Shown here one piece after another: positions 8,621-20,825 of a DNA stretch of 64,000 bases. Source of the DNA: Asterias rubens. Lineage: Eukaryota. The notes beneath the pieces were generated by a model. It did no database searches and was not told the origin of the DNA. It saw only the letters and a list, made by a program, of their open reading frames with translations. The position numbers and the translations under genes are program-made. The DNA is taken from NCBI RefSeq assembly GCF_902459465.1, contig NC_047067.1, forward strand, positions 17,856,001 to 17,920,000, written 5' to 3'. Every line of letters starts with the position of its first letter. Within the stretch, counting starts at the first letter, position 1.

Positions 8621-11521
8621 ACTGCAGCACAGAGCATCTAGAATGCAAAATTTTCCCGGGCCCTTCTACGGGCCCGAACCCATGCCGTAAAGGTTTGGCA
8701 CTCGTGAGCTCACTCTTCGACAGATTTTCCCCCTTGAACTTGGTTCATAGATCCGCACTTGAAGATGCTGTCAACCCCAAAGGTTCTACTGCTGCTCACA
8801 TTAATTTTACAGATGTTCTGTTCCATTCTGACAGATTTGCCCCATAAAACTTGTGTCTTAGGTCTGGTGATGATAGGGATGAAACGCCGTCTGAGCATTA
8901 GAATGCAGAAACAATATGGATATAACGAAGCTATAATTGAGTTGCTTTTTAGGTACAATAACCATGATAGCGAGAATAGATGCATCATAGCTTGAAATAG
9001 GCATTAAATTCCGACATCTGAGAGGGGGGGGGGACATCACCCCACAGATTCACTAGATTGCACCAGAGAGCATCTACGGGCTAAAAAAATTCCCGTGGCC
9101 CTAAAGCGGGCCCCGGAACCCACGCCGTAAATGTTATGTCCCCCCCCCCCCCACCTTTCAAGACGCATTGACGCCCCTGCATACTTGGATCGAGGATGAG
9201 TGTACCGTCCCCGTAGCTACACCGCGCTTAACAATTACCGACTTGATTTCAAGACTATGTGCAGAGTGGCCCGGTTTTGTTTTCACCGTTAATAATAATC
9301 ATGTCTGGCTAGAAAATATTTTCGTTCACACTATTTCTATCTTTTTCTGTACATTTATTGACTAGTTTATTTAGTTCTCTGCTTTAGATACCTGCAAGGA
9401 AAAGACGAAAGGAAAATGATGAAGGACAACACTTCATAAAATAATGTTTGATTTAGAGATAGGCATTGTAAAGAGTAAAGCTTACTTCAATGCCGTGTTT
9501 TAGAAAGCGAAAATGATTGGGCTTAAACGACACCGAAAAGAAGTATACAAATTAATTGCAATTAATCGAAAGAAGCAATGTGTTCGTGTACTAGTCCCTT
9601 TGCTGCTTCTTTAAACTAAAACAAGATAACGAATAGCGTACACATCTCTATAATAAAAAAAAGTCAGAAAACTGAAACTTTAACAACCAAATAAAGTGAC
9701 TGGCAGACATTTGCGGCCAACAATAATTGACAAAACTCCAAAGACCAGACGTTATCTGGGTCATATGCTTCCCGCCAATATTCCTCCCGCCGTTTTCCAA
9801 TCGACGGCAAACGCTAAACAGACTATGGGCTTCCGAATTCGCACACTGTAACCGCCAATCAGATACATTAGCCACCCCATGAGAAGTGTCGCGGCGGACC
9901 ACACAACAACAGGAACAAACTCCTCCATGGCGGTGTGTTTCATCCTCAGCGAAAAACATCGCAACAGTTTCAAAGTTCCCAATCACCGCGGGAAACCCCC
10001 CAATGATCACGCAGCCAACTTCCAGCCAATCAGAATGGCAGATACACCGTCACATGGTGGGGAAGTTGGATTCAGAAGAGGGACCACACACGACTGCCCA
10101 GACATTGGGAAATTGTATTGTTCGTTCGTAAACTCGTTATTAAGTGGTTGACGTTAGAAGAAAATTGGTGGAGTAACGAGCATTAAGGAGAAGCAAAACC
10201 ACTGCGTACGAAAACGGTCTATACTGCATGGAAAGCAATTTCATCGAAGGGGCGATTATTTCATGATTTTCTCGAGGGAGATGTAGTGATGATTTTATAG
10301 GACTGATACCGTCGGAATACCGCCAGCAGAGACAGGGATTGATGAAACAAACCCCGAGCCTTGAAGCATCATTTTGACATTCACTGTTTTTCACAATTAG
10401 ATTTTTGTTTTGTCTTTAAACTCCAACTCAATTTTGAAGTCAATTTAGGCGAATTTTTATTAGTACCAATCGAATATCTCCTATTTAAAATTTCATCAAA
10501 AAAGGAAAGATTAATTGATGATTGTGACATTTCAGACAAACCAAAACACCAGCAGGTAATTTAGTTTGGCTTGCGGTATGCTGTTAATTACTGCAAATCC
10601 ACATGTTACTATAATCCACCCCACAAAGGTACATATCTTAATCCCTCGGGGTAGCTATTTTCATTGTGCTCTCCAACGGACTTTCTTGCTCTTTGTTTTC
10701 CTTCATGCGAAGTTCCAATAGTTGTTTTTTTGCAAACATTTAATACTAAAATAAACTGGACACTATTGCTAATCTCGCTTTCAATGTTGAGGGCGCTCTT
10801 GTGTATAAAGGTACTGGATGGAGGAACCCGTTTTAGGAGATAAGTCGAGGCACAGGAAGACCCAAGACAATGTGGGTTAAGTTATACCCCGGGCCTTTCT
10901 TGATGAGAGATTTTATAATCCTCAGGCAACATCCCTTGTCCCTATCACTTCCTTGCTTTAGTCATCATCTAGCCATAGATCTTACGTCTCATCTGCATTG
11001 ACTTACGCAAGTTCAAGTATTTTAAAATATGCACGTCTGTATACAAACCCTTTTGAGGTCTGTTGGACGATAATATAAAAGTGACGTTTGGTTTGAGAGT
11101 AGGCTACACAAACACATTACCCGAATTTGAGCTGGGGAGAGCTTCATCTATAATGGACGAAGCTTCATAGTGTCCACCATATCTCAAAAATGGTTTAAAG
11201 ATTGTATGCCCCCTGTAGTTTAGTGATTAACTTATACTAGAAATGACATAATTTGTTATACTCGACGTGTATACCGTTGTAATTTAGTTCAATGACTCTA
11301 CAGTCATGATGATCAGTAAGTACTCGCGAACAAGAAACTGGTACCCGTAGTTTTCGATGTTCTGAAAGACAGCAAGACATTTTTTATTTCCAGGTGAATC
11401 GTTTGGTCCATGCAGTCATCTTCCCGATGGTGTCTCTCAAACATTATACAAAATACGATGGTGACGAGTCAATTTCACTGAGGGCATTTTACGCGTACGG
11501 AGTGTCACAATTACTTGTTCA

Positions 11522-11886
11522 TAAACCCTGCTCACCGTAATAGCAAAACGTAATCCCTGCTCACCGTAATAGAAAAACGTAAACCCTGCTCACCGTAATA
11601 GCAAAACGTAAACCATTCTCACCGTAATAGCAAAACGTAAACCATGCTCACCGTAATAGCAAAACGTAAACCCTGTTCACCGTAATAGCAAAACGTAAAC
11701 CCTGTTCACCGTAATGGCAAAACGTAAACCCTACTCACCGTAATAGCATATCGTAAACCCTGCTCACCGTAATAGCAAAACATAAACCCTACTCACCGTA
11801 ATAGCAAATCGTAAACCCTGCTCACCGTAACAGCAAAACGTAAACCCTGCTCATTACGGTGAGCAGGGTTTAGCAAAACGTAAACC
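11522..11886. repeat. 29-bp minisatellite (TAAACCCTGCTCACCGTAATAGCAAAACG) x11 plus a terminal unit with an inverted insert
   Basis: Period 29 from 11522; no spacers; the last unit carries a 19-nt reverse-complement insertion. Confidence 0.95.
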
Positions 11887-11892
11887 AATCGT

Positions 11893-11965
11893 GCTCTGCT
11901 GTTTTCAGCAGCAGAGTGTGGGTTCGAATCCTGGTCATGACTCCTGTGCCCTCGAGCAAGGCACT
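11893..11965 (+). mobile_element. Fragment of the tRNA-Leu SINE head/core
   Basis: CAGCAGAGTGTGGGTTCGAATCCTGGTCATGAC...CCTCGAGCAAGGCACT. Confidence 0.7.
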
Positions 11966-12671
11966 CAAATGCATTCTGCTCTACAAGCCAGGCTCCTAGT
12001 TAATGAGGACACCCATGCCTACAACCATATTTGTACGGACTGTGAAGGGACCTGTTCCAGCCCTATAAATTCTGCGTTATCCAGAGGCATGACATTGGAC
12101 CCAGGTTACTGAGCAATAAACTGTGACGTCAGGCACACGTCACTCGCTTTCAAATCTTGTTGAACGTTTATGAAAAACACTTTCCCTGCCATAAAATAAG
12201 CTTCAAAAATTTCATTTTGGTAAACAGTATTATAACAATTGGCACAGATCGCAGTTTCACACCCACATAGAAATGAGTTCATTCACACGCAAACGATACA
12301 TCTGATATAAAAACAAAACCTTAAACTTTATTTATTTTCAAAATGGTATTCACAAAATCAAGAAAGACATAACATTCTACAGTTTAACTTTAATATTTAT
12401 AAACAATAACAGAAAACAGAAACACGACACACTTAATGTGGGGCTTTTGTACACTGTAATTGTATTGAATAATAACAAACTCCCCAATAAGAAATTGTCA
12501 TTTTCTTATTAATAAGAAGAATGATCTGTGACCACGTAATGACAAGCTGAGTTCATCTCCAGACTGCAAAATGCTATACAGAGCTTATAGAGAGTATGGT
12601 CTTTCCATTCGAATGTATCTCGTAAAGGCTACTTTACAATATAAGGGCAATGTAGTTCCGGTCACATTTAA

Positions 12672-13051
12672 AGACACTGGACAATGTCAAAGACTATTCT
12701 TCACAGCTGGTGTATCTCAACATTTCATAAAATAACAACCCTGTGAAAATTTGAGCTCAATCGGTCGTCGAAGTTGCGAGATATTAATAAAAGAAAAAAC
12801 ACCCTTGTCGCACCATGGTCACACGAAGTTGTGTGCTTTCAGATACTTGATTTCGAGACCTTAAATTCTAAATCCGAGGTCTCGAAATCAAATTCGTGGA
12901 AAATTACTTCTTTCTCGAAAACTACGTCACTTTAGAGGGAGCTTTTTCTCACAATGTGTTATACTATCAACCTCTCCCTATTACTCATAATCAAGAAAGC
13001 TTTAATGATAATAATTATTTTGGAAAATTACCTAGAGTGTGTCCACTGCCT
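12672..13051 (+). mobile_element. K-A MITE, full length
   Basis: TTAA at both ends, TIRs, internal GAGACC..GAGGTCTC hairpin. Confidence 0.9.
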
Positions 13052-13636
13052 TTAACAAGATAGGGTATTAATCAAATACATTTATCGCTCTTACCAGGGT
13101 GGTGTAATGGTCAAGTTCCCTATTATGCAATGATGATGAAACTGCTTGTTTGCTATTTTGTTTTAGAGTGCCTAGACTATTTTGTCATACCAGCCTCGGT
13201 TACGATAATACACTGAGTTGAGTTGAAAAGCAAGATAGCTGTTAAATGATGACAAGGGTTTGAGAACCGTTCTGGGTTTTAGGCGGGTGCTTAATCCCGC
13301 TACTCTGTGGTACAATAGACAGTGTGGATCCCAGACGTCTTGGTGAAGTTTGTTTGTTTTATTATTCATTGGTATTTCCGTGCCAGTATATAGAAATTGT
13401 TGTCACCTGAAACTAATTAAATTCGTTGTCAGTTGTCTACATGAGTACCAGGGGTGATGTTTGATTCCCTGTTTCCTTTGGTGATTCTTATCATGACAAT
13501 GTAATTTCCCAATGAGAATACAAACCACATGGACAGTGGGAATTTTCGTAAAATACTGTAACGTCAACGGTTGTAGAACAATTTAAAGTGGGTAGAAAGA
13601 GTATGCGGGGCATTTTATGGCAAATTCTAACCTTAA

Positions 13637-14020
13637 AGGTAGTGGACACTATCGGGTAATCACTCAAAATAATTATTAGCATAACACCTTATTTGGTAAC
13701 GAGTAATGGGGAGCTGTTGATAGTATAAAACACTGTGAGAAATGGCTCCCTCTGACGTAATAAAGTTTTCGAGAAAGAAGTAATTTTCCACGAATTTGAT
13801 TTCGAGACCTCAGATTTAGAATTTGGGGACTCGAAATCAAGCATCTGAAAGCACACATTTTTGTGTGACAAGGCTGTTTTTTCTTTCATTATTATCTCGC
13901 AACTTCGACGATCGATTGAGCTCAAATTTTCAAAGACCTGTTTGTTATTTTATGTATTATGTTGAGATACACCAAGTGAGAAGACTGGTCTTTATCAATT
14001 ACCAGTAGTGTCCACTGTCT
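13637..14020 (-). mobile_element. K-A MITE, full length
   Basis: TTAA-flanked reverse copy. Confidence 0.9.
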
Positions 14021-14364
14021 TTAACTGTTTTAACTCACTTAGTCAAGGTAGCATTGATGTAAATATACAAAGATATTGACAACTCATCTTAAGATGAATT
14101 TTACTGGTTTACTGTGAAATCGACTTCAGCTAGTCTACTTTTGCCTCTATTCGTGTCCTTGCTCGAAGCCAGTTTCATAATTCAACACAGTCATTTTAAA
14201 ATAAGTCACTGGTAAAATAAAAAAAACAGACACTTACTACAGGTTTGGTAAGTATTGAAGAAAAAACACACCGATTATGAAGTCACACCAGCACATTATT
14301 TTAAGAGAAATTTTCCCATCCGAAATACTACCCAAATCATTTTAGAAACCCGGAAAATCACCAG

Positions 14365-14604
14365 GGCCCAATTTCACAAAGCCTGTAAGCACAAACATTT
14401 GCTTAGCATACAATTTCTTCCTAAATTAAAACAGGACTATCAATCAAAAATCCATCTGTTGAATATTGCTTGTTACTGGTATTCAGCTGTTGTTTGCTTA
14501 TCCTGAAAATCACGAGGAAATTTGGTTGGTAATCCCGCTTTTATCAAGGAAGACATTTCATACTAAGCAAATTTTTGTGCTTTCAGCCTTTATGAAATTT
14601 GTCA
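14365..14604. mobile_element. Harbinger-type MITE, CAG TSD
   Basis: cag|GGCCCAATTTCACAAAG...CTTTATGAAATTTGTCA|cag. Confidence 0.75.
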
Positions 14605-15240
14605 CAGTTATTTATTTAATTGCTGCAATTGAGAGAAGCCGTGTATGAACATGCAAATAACCCCAAACGAAACATTATCTGTTTGCTGTAGTTTTCTCTT
14701 AAAAAGTGAACGCAGATTTTGATGAAATTTTCACGGGTTTGTTTTGTTGTCTGGTGTTTAATTCATGAAAAACTAGACAAATGGTTTTACTCTTCCAAAA
14801 CCCCATGATACTTCACTTAAAGTTGTGAAAACTCCCCAAATCGTATGGGTTTTTTAAGTAAAAATTGAAAGCATTTAAGTATAAACGTCAGAACAATTAA
14901 ACTATGGACATTACAAAATTATATTCAATGATATAAAAATATTTTTACATCTTAAAACGTTCGTGCTAAAAGGTGGACGCATACAGATTTATTTCTAATC
15001 GTTTTATAAACATCATATTTACAGCCTTCAAACATAAACACAAATCATTATTCATAGGTTTTCGTTTCTTTTTGTGACGCAATGTCAAATCGGATATATT
15101 TAGCTCAATTCATTTGCTAAAAACCTAAATAAGAACACACAAGAACAGCATCAACAACAATTTTCGCGTTTCTTCAAATGTTCGTAAATTTTGTACAAGT
15201 CTAAGTACGAAACGATAATAATAATAATTTTGAAAAAAAG

Positions 15241-15447
15241 AACCAGACTATGTTGTTCTTCCAGCCTCGGTTTGGTAACACTGATATCAATGAGAGAAAT
15301 TGAAGATGGCTGCACCATGATAACGGTCTACAGAATGGGTTGCCAATGCCCACTCAAGAGACCTTTATCATGGAGCAGCCATCTTGACTTTCTCCCATTG
15401 ACATCAATGTTACCAAACCGAGGCTGGAAGAACAAAATAGTATGGTT
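15241..15447. mobile_element. Fold-back MITE (long TIR ...TTCTTCCAGCCTCGGTTTGGTAACA...)
   Basis: About 55-bp imperfect inverted repeats; end fragments of the same family at ~8190-8250, ~13175-13240 and ~42178-42210. Confidence 0.75.
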
Positions 15448-16145
15448 CCTATTTGCAAAATGATTATTATAAGCATTTACTATTTTTATTGGATACGAGG
15501 AACATGACCAAGATGGAGGCAGCAAGATAAAGGTGGCACCTTTTCCTTCTTCCCACATCTCGTACCGATCCAGTTGAGGACGGTTCTTTCTATGGGGAAC
15601 AAACACAGGAATCAACGGGGACCACTTGTCATTTGAAAAACCCTTTCCAGTAACAGAGTATGGGCAGCAGTAGCCTTTAGACAAGTCGCACGTGGCACTG
15701 ATGTCAAGCACGACCCCCCAATATCACGCACGAAAAAAAGTAACGCCGGTCTTTTTTCTTGCGTGTCGTTTGGGGTGCCGCCGCCGCGTGCGTCTTGATT
15801 TAAGGCTAGGTAGGGCAGCAGCAACATCAAAACCGTTGCAGTGGAATCAAGCTTCAATGAACAAATCGAGTGTAATAGGAAGAAACTATCCGGGTACACA
15901 ACCATGTGTAAATCTTGTTTTGGTTTTTTTGTGGGAGTGTTGGCTCTGAAAAGTGCCGGTGTGGTATCGACGTTTCGAGCAGTATACTCTGTTCGTCTTC
16001 AGTTCCAGAACTCCCACACCAGAGATGTACCATTGTTGCACCAGCAAGTTTACCAATTATTAACAGTTTCTTCCTATTTATCCACTAACAACATGCAAAG
16101 TTTCAAACAAGACTTAAATAGAGCAAAGTTCTTGAAATTGTATGC

Positions 16146-16390
16146 ATGCAAAGTTTGTGCATCTACTCTCTTATTATGTAAGAGTGAAAATTTCACCCTC
16201 TTGCCCGAGTGGTGTCACTTTCACTCCTTTGAGGGTGAAAGTCAATCTGTGTCACTCTTTTTGAGTGAAATTGGAACCCCAAATTGAATACCTGTCTTTC
16301 ACTCTAAAAAGAGTTGTCCACCATATTGCTCTTTGCGAGAGTGGTGTGGCGGACAAAACGAGTGGTTTTTCACTCCTTTACATTAAGAGA
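16146..16390. mobile_element. MITE-like element rich in TTTCACTC/GAGTGAAA motifs
   Basis: CTCTTATTATGTAAGAGTGAAAA at the left end vs TTTTCACTCCTTTACATTAAGAG at the right end. Confidence 0.55.
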
Positions 16391-16881
16391 TTACCACACC
16401 CATCATATCGACACTTGCGTCTCCTTCACAACCGAAAACCATCATCACAATGTTTCCAAATCGTTTAAAGATATTTTTGTGGAAACTTCCAGCCTCTAAG
16501 CGACACTCGGCACTTTATAGTTTGTCTTGAATGACCATCATCGTTCCACAAGAGGCAGGTTTACATAAAAAATCCAAGAAGAGACTCTATTCACATTTTG
16601 AATGTTTTCATATTATTCTTTGGGATCGTAAAAGTTAATTACATGTAAACAGTTTCTCATGTGCAACAAAAGTGGTCGTGTTTTCACTGCATCCGGTTGC
16701 CCCCAAGTTGCCTGTAAAAAACAAGACCCAATGGATGGTGACGTCATTCCACCTTCCTTATAATCAGTTTATAGAAACGGTCCGCCTTTTTTTTGGGGGG
16801 GGGAGGGGCTTTGGAAGTCGTAGGACACAACAACGAGAAATCGTTTTTGTTGTACTTGTAGCAACATTATTCTAAGGTATC

Positions 16882-17358
16882 TCAAAATCTGTCGTAGCCA
16901 TTGCATCTGTTTATGGTTGCAACCACAGTGCAGTTATCACAATTCACTTCACAGCACCAATGAAATCGGCACCGGCAGTTCACTTGAAAGATCACCGTCT
17001 CCTCCACGTAGCCTCTACCACAACACAAAATATCACATCCTCCAACATCCATGGAGGTGCTGTTGCACCGACGCCCCTCCGTGCCGAGTGAACCCGTCCT
17101 CGGGTTTGGCTCGCAGAAGTCTGGCGAGTCCATGGAATATACCAAGTCCAATTCAGAAGGGGGTTTCACTGTAGAGTCTTCCGGGATGAGGGTGCCGCCA
17201 TCGTTACCGCCGGTAACCTTTGCCGAGCCTTTATATTGCTCCATCAGGCGGGAACCAATCTCACGAAATGACGGCATTTTTTCCCAGCATGTTTCCAGCG
17301 TACACGAACCCGACAATCCATGACACTTACACTCTCGCCGCATAAATCGTTTAATGGC
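16882..17358 (-). CDS. WNT6: Wnt6 exon 4 (terminal)
   Basis: tttcag|GCC ATT AAA...; [25 protein letters not shown]...CRFHWCCEVNCDNC...RCNGYDRF*; palmitoleoylation-site Ser motif CKCHGLSGSC intact. Spliced CDS 80+230+281+477=1068 nt, 355 aa. Confidence 0.96.
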   Translation of the reverse strand, partial: AIKRFMRRECKCHGLSGSCTLETCWEKMPSFREIGSRLMEQYKGSAKVTGGNDGGTLIPEDSTVKPPSELDLVYSMDSPDFCEPNPRTGSLGTEGRRCNSTSMDVGGCDILCCGRGYVEETVIFQVNCRCRFHWCCEVNCDNCTVVATINRCNGYDRF

Positions 17359-19454
17359 CTGAAACAAAAGACACCACAGGAAATTAGATTGAAATCAAAC
17401 CACAACTGAATCAAAATTTCTGTTCAATATAAGAGATGACCCCTTACAAACAACAGTCAACACTAGTTTTCTTCTTAGCTCAACCCATGCAACTCAAATT
17501 GTTTACCTATTTATATATTTGTTTAAGTTTGTATCCCTCTCCCCATGTGTACATGTATATTGCGTGTCTGTAGGCGTACCTTTTTACATATTTTTATCGG
17601 TAGACTGAACCTTTAGGTTAGGGGGAAAATTTAAATTTCCCCCTCAGTCTTGCCATCTCCGAATTGTTGATTTTAATATCTTACCACGACTGTCATTCGA
17701 GTTGAGGATATAAGAAAAGAGGTGTGGAAACGTGATGAAGCGAGTAACGCGAGTAACTTTCTTTTTAACTCTAGTCGAGAGCGCTCTACTCAAATGACGT
17801 CATATGCAAAATAAGGTCTACGGTTTTTTCCAATGTATTCGGAAAACTTATGCAGTCTATTGATTACTGATCTTTGTTTATATTTGTTGTGTACAGCATT
17901 ACATTCAAAGTTTGAGGAACACTTTCTTTAAAACAACCTAAAAAGGCTCGAAATTCTTAAATTGCATTTTATCAGGGATTCAAACCAACGCCAAATAGAT
18001 TGGATACAAAAAGTACAATCTGTTATTATTGGCCGGCTTTTTGTTGGGCATTCAATCATGTTTATGTCCAGCCTATGGCATTTTAACATCACTCTTTAAA
18101 ACAGTTGAGTTGGGTAAACCACTTTCACTTGTCCAAAGCGAAGACAGCTTTATTGGGCCTTTGCGTGATAGCCTTCGATGACTCAAAAACAAGTAAACAC
18201 TTTCGCTATGGTGGTTAAAGGTATGCGTAGATTCCCTTCTTTATCTCTCTTCAAAATGGCATTTTTGGTTACAGAAGCCCTATCAATTTCAAACTAGGAA
18301 AAGTACTTTTCGAAAGTTCATTTTCTCCTAACAGTGTTCCAAGCTTTGCTTCTTGCGAAATGGCATCGCTTTACTACAGTGCGCAATAAGGTGGACCCCA
18401 GCTTTTTGCCAAATCACTTTACAACTTTGCAGTAAGACATTTCTATGATATGTTTAATTTACATGATGTATAATTTCTCTATAAAATCCTTTGAGGCAAA
18501 CCCATAGGGCCTACACTTTGTGTTTAAAGATATTATTTTGTGCGCTTTCCACCATCTCTTGTCTAGCTCCCCGTACGCACTAATGAGGATTTGTTGTTAA
18601 ATCCACAAGTTCAGACTATTATATAATTTGAATGGAGTTAGTAGAAACCAAGATGGCTACAACATAATAAAAGATTAATTCATATAAAATGCAAATTCAA
18701 ACTTCCTGTGTCCATCACTATCCAACCATTAGTTGATATGAGAAAATAGCAACAGCTAAAAAAAACTAGAACAAAAATTCACAAATTTTATTTTAACTCG
18801 CAGAACAATTTCAGCACACTAATCACTTTGCATGTCAGATAAGTTGTATATGTTGTTGAAGTATTCGTAACTATTCTTTATACCAAGCAAAACAACAAAA
18901 TACACCGCTCTTTAGTCGTAATTTTTTTATTTTATTTTTTTGTGATGGGGATTAGTTTTATTGTATTTATTGATAAGTGTTAACACTGAATTAATTTATG
19001 AACTATTGTCATCAATCGACTGATTGATTTAGCTGCTCCTTATCTTCGAAAATCCACCGATGTTTCGCCGGGAAGCCAACTTTCAAATGTTAGTCTTTGC
19101 AAATTGTTAACCTCCCCTTTAACGCCATGTCCCAAGGCTATATTGTTTTTGAAGTTTTCAGAAATTCTTGGATAATTATTTAGAATTGAAGACGAATTCC
19201 CCCCGGAGATTGAGGTCGAAGCGAAGTAGGCGCCAGACATATCTAACAAAAGCCAAAACAAATCATAAATATCTAAATGACCTGTCGCTGCTTCATTTTC
19301 AGCCGGTCGTAATTCTCTCCTCAATCAGGCAGATTTGGACCCCGTCCATTTTTTTTTCTTTTGTGGGAGTCACCACATTCGTGGCTCAAAGACCATCGCA
19401 TACAACGTGTTGTTAACGTCTTGTTCGAAGACTACCATACAACACATTCTTTAA

Positions 19455-19812
19455 AGGCAGTGGACACTATTGATAATCGTCAAAGACTAGCCTTCACAGT
19501 TGGTGTGTTTCAACATATGCATAAAATAACAAACCTGTGAAAATTTGAGCTCAATCGGTCATCGAACTTGCGAGATAATAATGAAAGAAAAAAACACCAT
19601 TCACACAAATTTGTGTGCGTTTAGATGGTTGATTTCGAGACCTCAAGTTCTAAATCTGAGGTCCCGAAATCAAATTCATGGAAACTATGACACTTCGGAG
19701 GAAGCCGTTTCTCACAATGTTTTATACGATCAACCTCTCCCCATTACTTGTCACCAAGAAAGGTTTTATGCTAATAACTATTTTGAGTAATTACCAATAG
19801 TGTCCACTGCCT
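19455..19812 (+). mobile_element. K-A MITE
   Basis: ttaa|AGGCAGTGGACAC...GTGTCCACTGCCT|ttaa. Confidence 0.9.
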
Positions 19813-19824
19813 TTAAAGGCCCTG

Positions 19825-19993
19825 CAACCGATTTCACGAAACTCTAGGATTAATCCTATCTCGAGTTAGGACGAGTAATCCATCCTAACTCAGGATGGGT
19901 TCGATTCGTCCAAACGTCTTCGGATACGGAACTGAACTCGTCCTAAGTCCTAAGATTAATCCCAAGTTAGAAAGAGTTTGATGAAATCGACGG
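19825..19993. mobile_element. Harbinger-type MITE, CTG TSD
   Basis: ctg|CAACCGATTTCACGAAACTC...GAGTTTGATGAAATCGACGG|ctg; reverse copy at 24664-24818. Confidence 0.75.
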
Positions 19994-20481
19994 CTGCTCA
20001 CGTTTGTGCAGAATGAAGAACATTACAGAAGTAGAAATTTACAATTAATTTACATTCGTTTAGAATTCTTTCTCAGTCAGAATCCTGCACGGGACCATAC
20101 TCGTTCAAATAGCAGCAACCGACTCGAACTCAAGTCTAGTCAAGAAGTACACACGCCCCCTGTGGGCCTTGGATTAATTTCCTTGAGGTAAACATGTTTC
20201 AAACTGCCTAACAGTCTCGCGTGAATTTGATTGATTTAATGTGCGGAGGTTTGAGCTCGTATTATTGTAGCAATAAATAATTAGATTTGTTTTCGGGAAT
20301 GGGTTGAACTGTTAAACATTCTTGACAAACACAAATCGCTCACGGAGCACAGTAAAATGAAATCAATCCACACATCAAAGGTGTAGCAAATAGTGCAAAC
20401 AACCAAACCAAGAAGTTATTCAAATAGTCTGCGCAAGTCTCGCACACATTCACGTGGTGTGCTCGAACAGATTTATCTTAA

Positions 20482-20825
20482 AGACACTGGACACCTTTGA
20501 TAATTGTCAAAGACCAGTCGTCTCACTTGGTGTATCTCAACATAATATGCACAAAATAACAAACCTGTAAAAATTTGAACTCAATTGGTTGTCGAAGTTG
20601 CGAGATAGTAATGGAAGAAAAAACACACGAAGTGCTTTCAGGTGCATCATTTCGAGACTTCAGCTGAGGTCTCTAAATCAATTAAAATATTTTACTGAGA
20701 AATTACTTCTTTCTCAAATACACGTTACCTACTTCAGAGGGAGCTGTTTCCCACATTGTTTTATACTATCAACAGCTCTCTATTGGTTGTTACCAAGTAT
20801 AAGTGATTATGCTTGTCCAGTGCCT
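20482..20825 (+). mobile_element. K-A MITE, subfamily 2 (collapsed CAGCTG loop)
   Basis: AGACACTGGACACCTTTG left end; GAGACTTCAGCTGAGGTCTC. Confidence 0.85.

Noticed and set aside
11522-11886. 29-bp repeat array as CRISPR
   Set aside because: Units are contiguous with no unique spacers, there are no cas genes, and the locus is eukaryotic.
15841-16287. 148-aa plus-strand ORF and 127-aa minus-strand ORF at 15328-15711
   Set aside because: They run through MITE and presumed Wnt6 3' UTR sequence, with no recognisable domain or splice context.
17621-17643. GGGGGAAAATTTAAATTTCCCCC near-palindrome as an NF-kB site or terminator
   Set aside because: A single short low-complexity inverted repeat with no supporting context.
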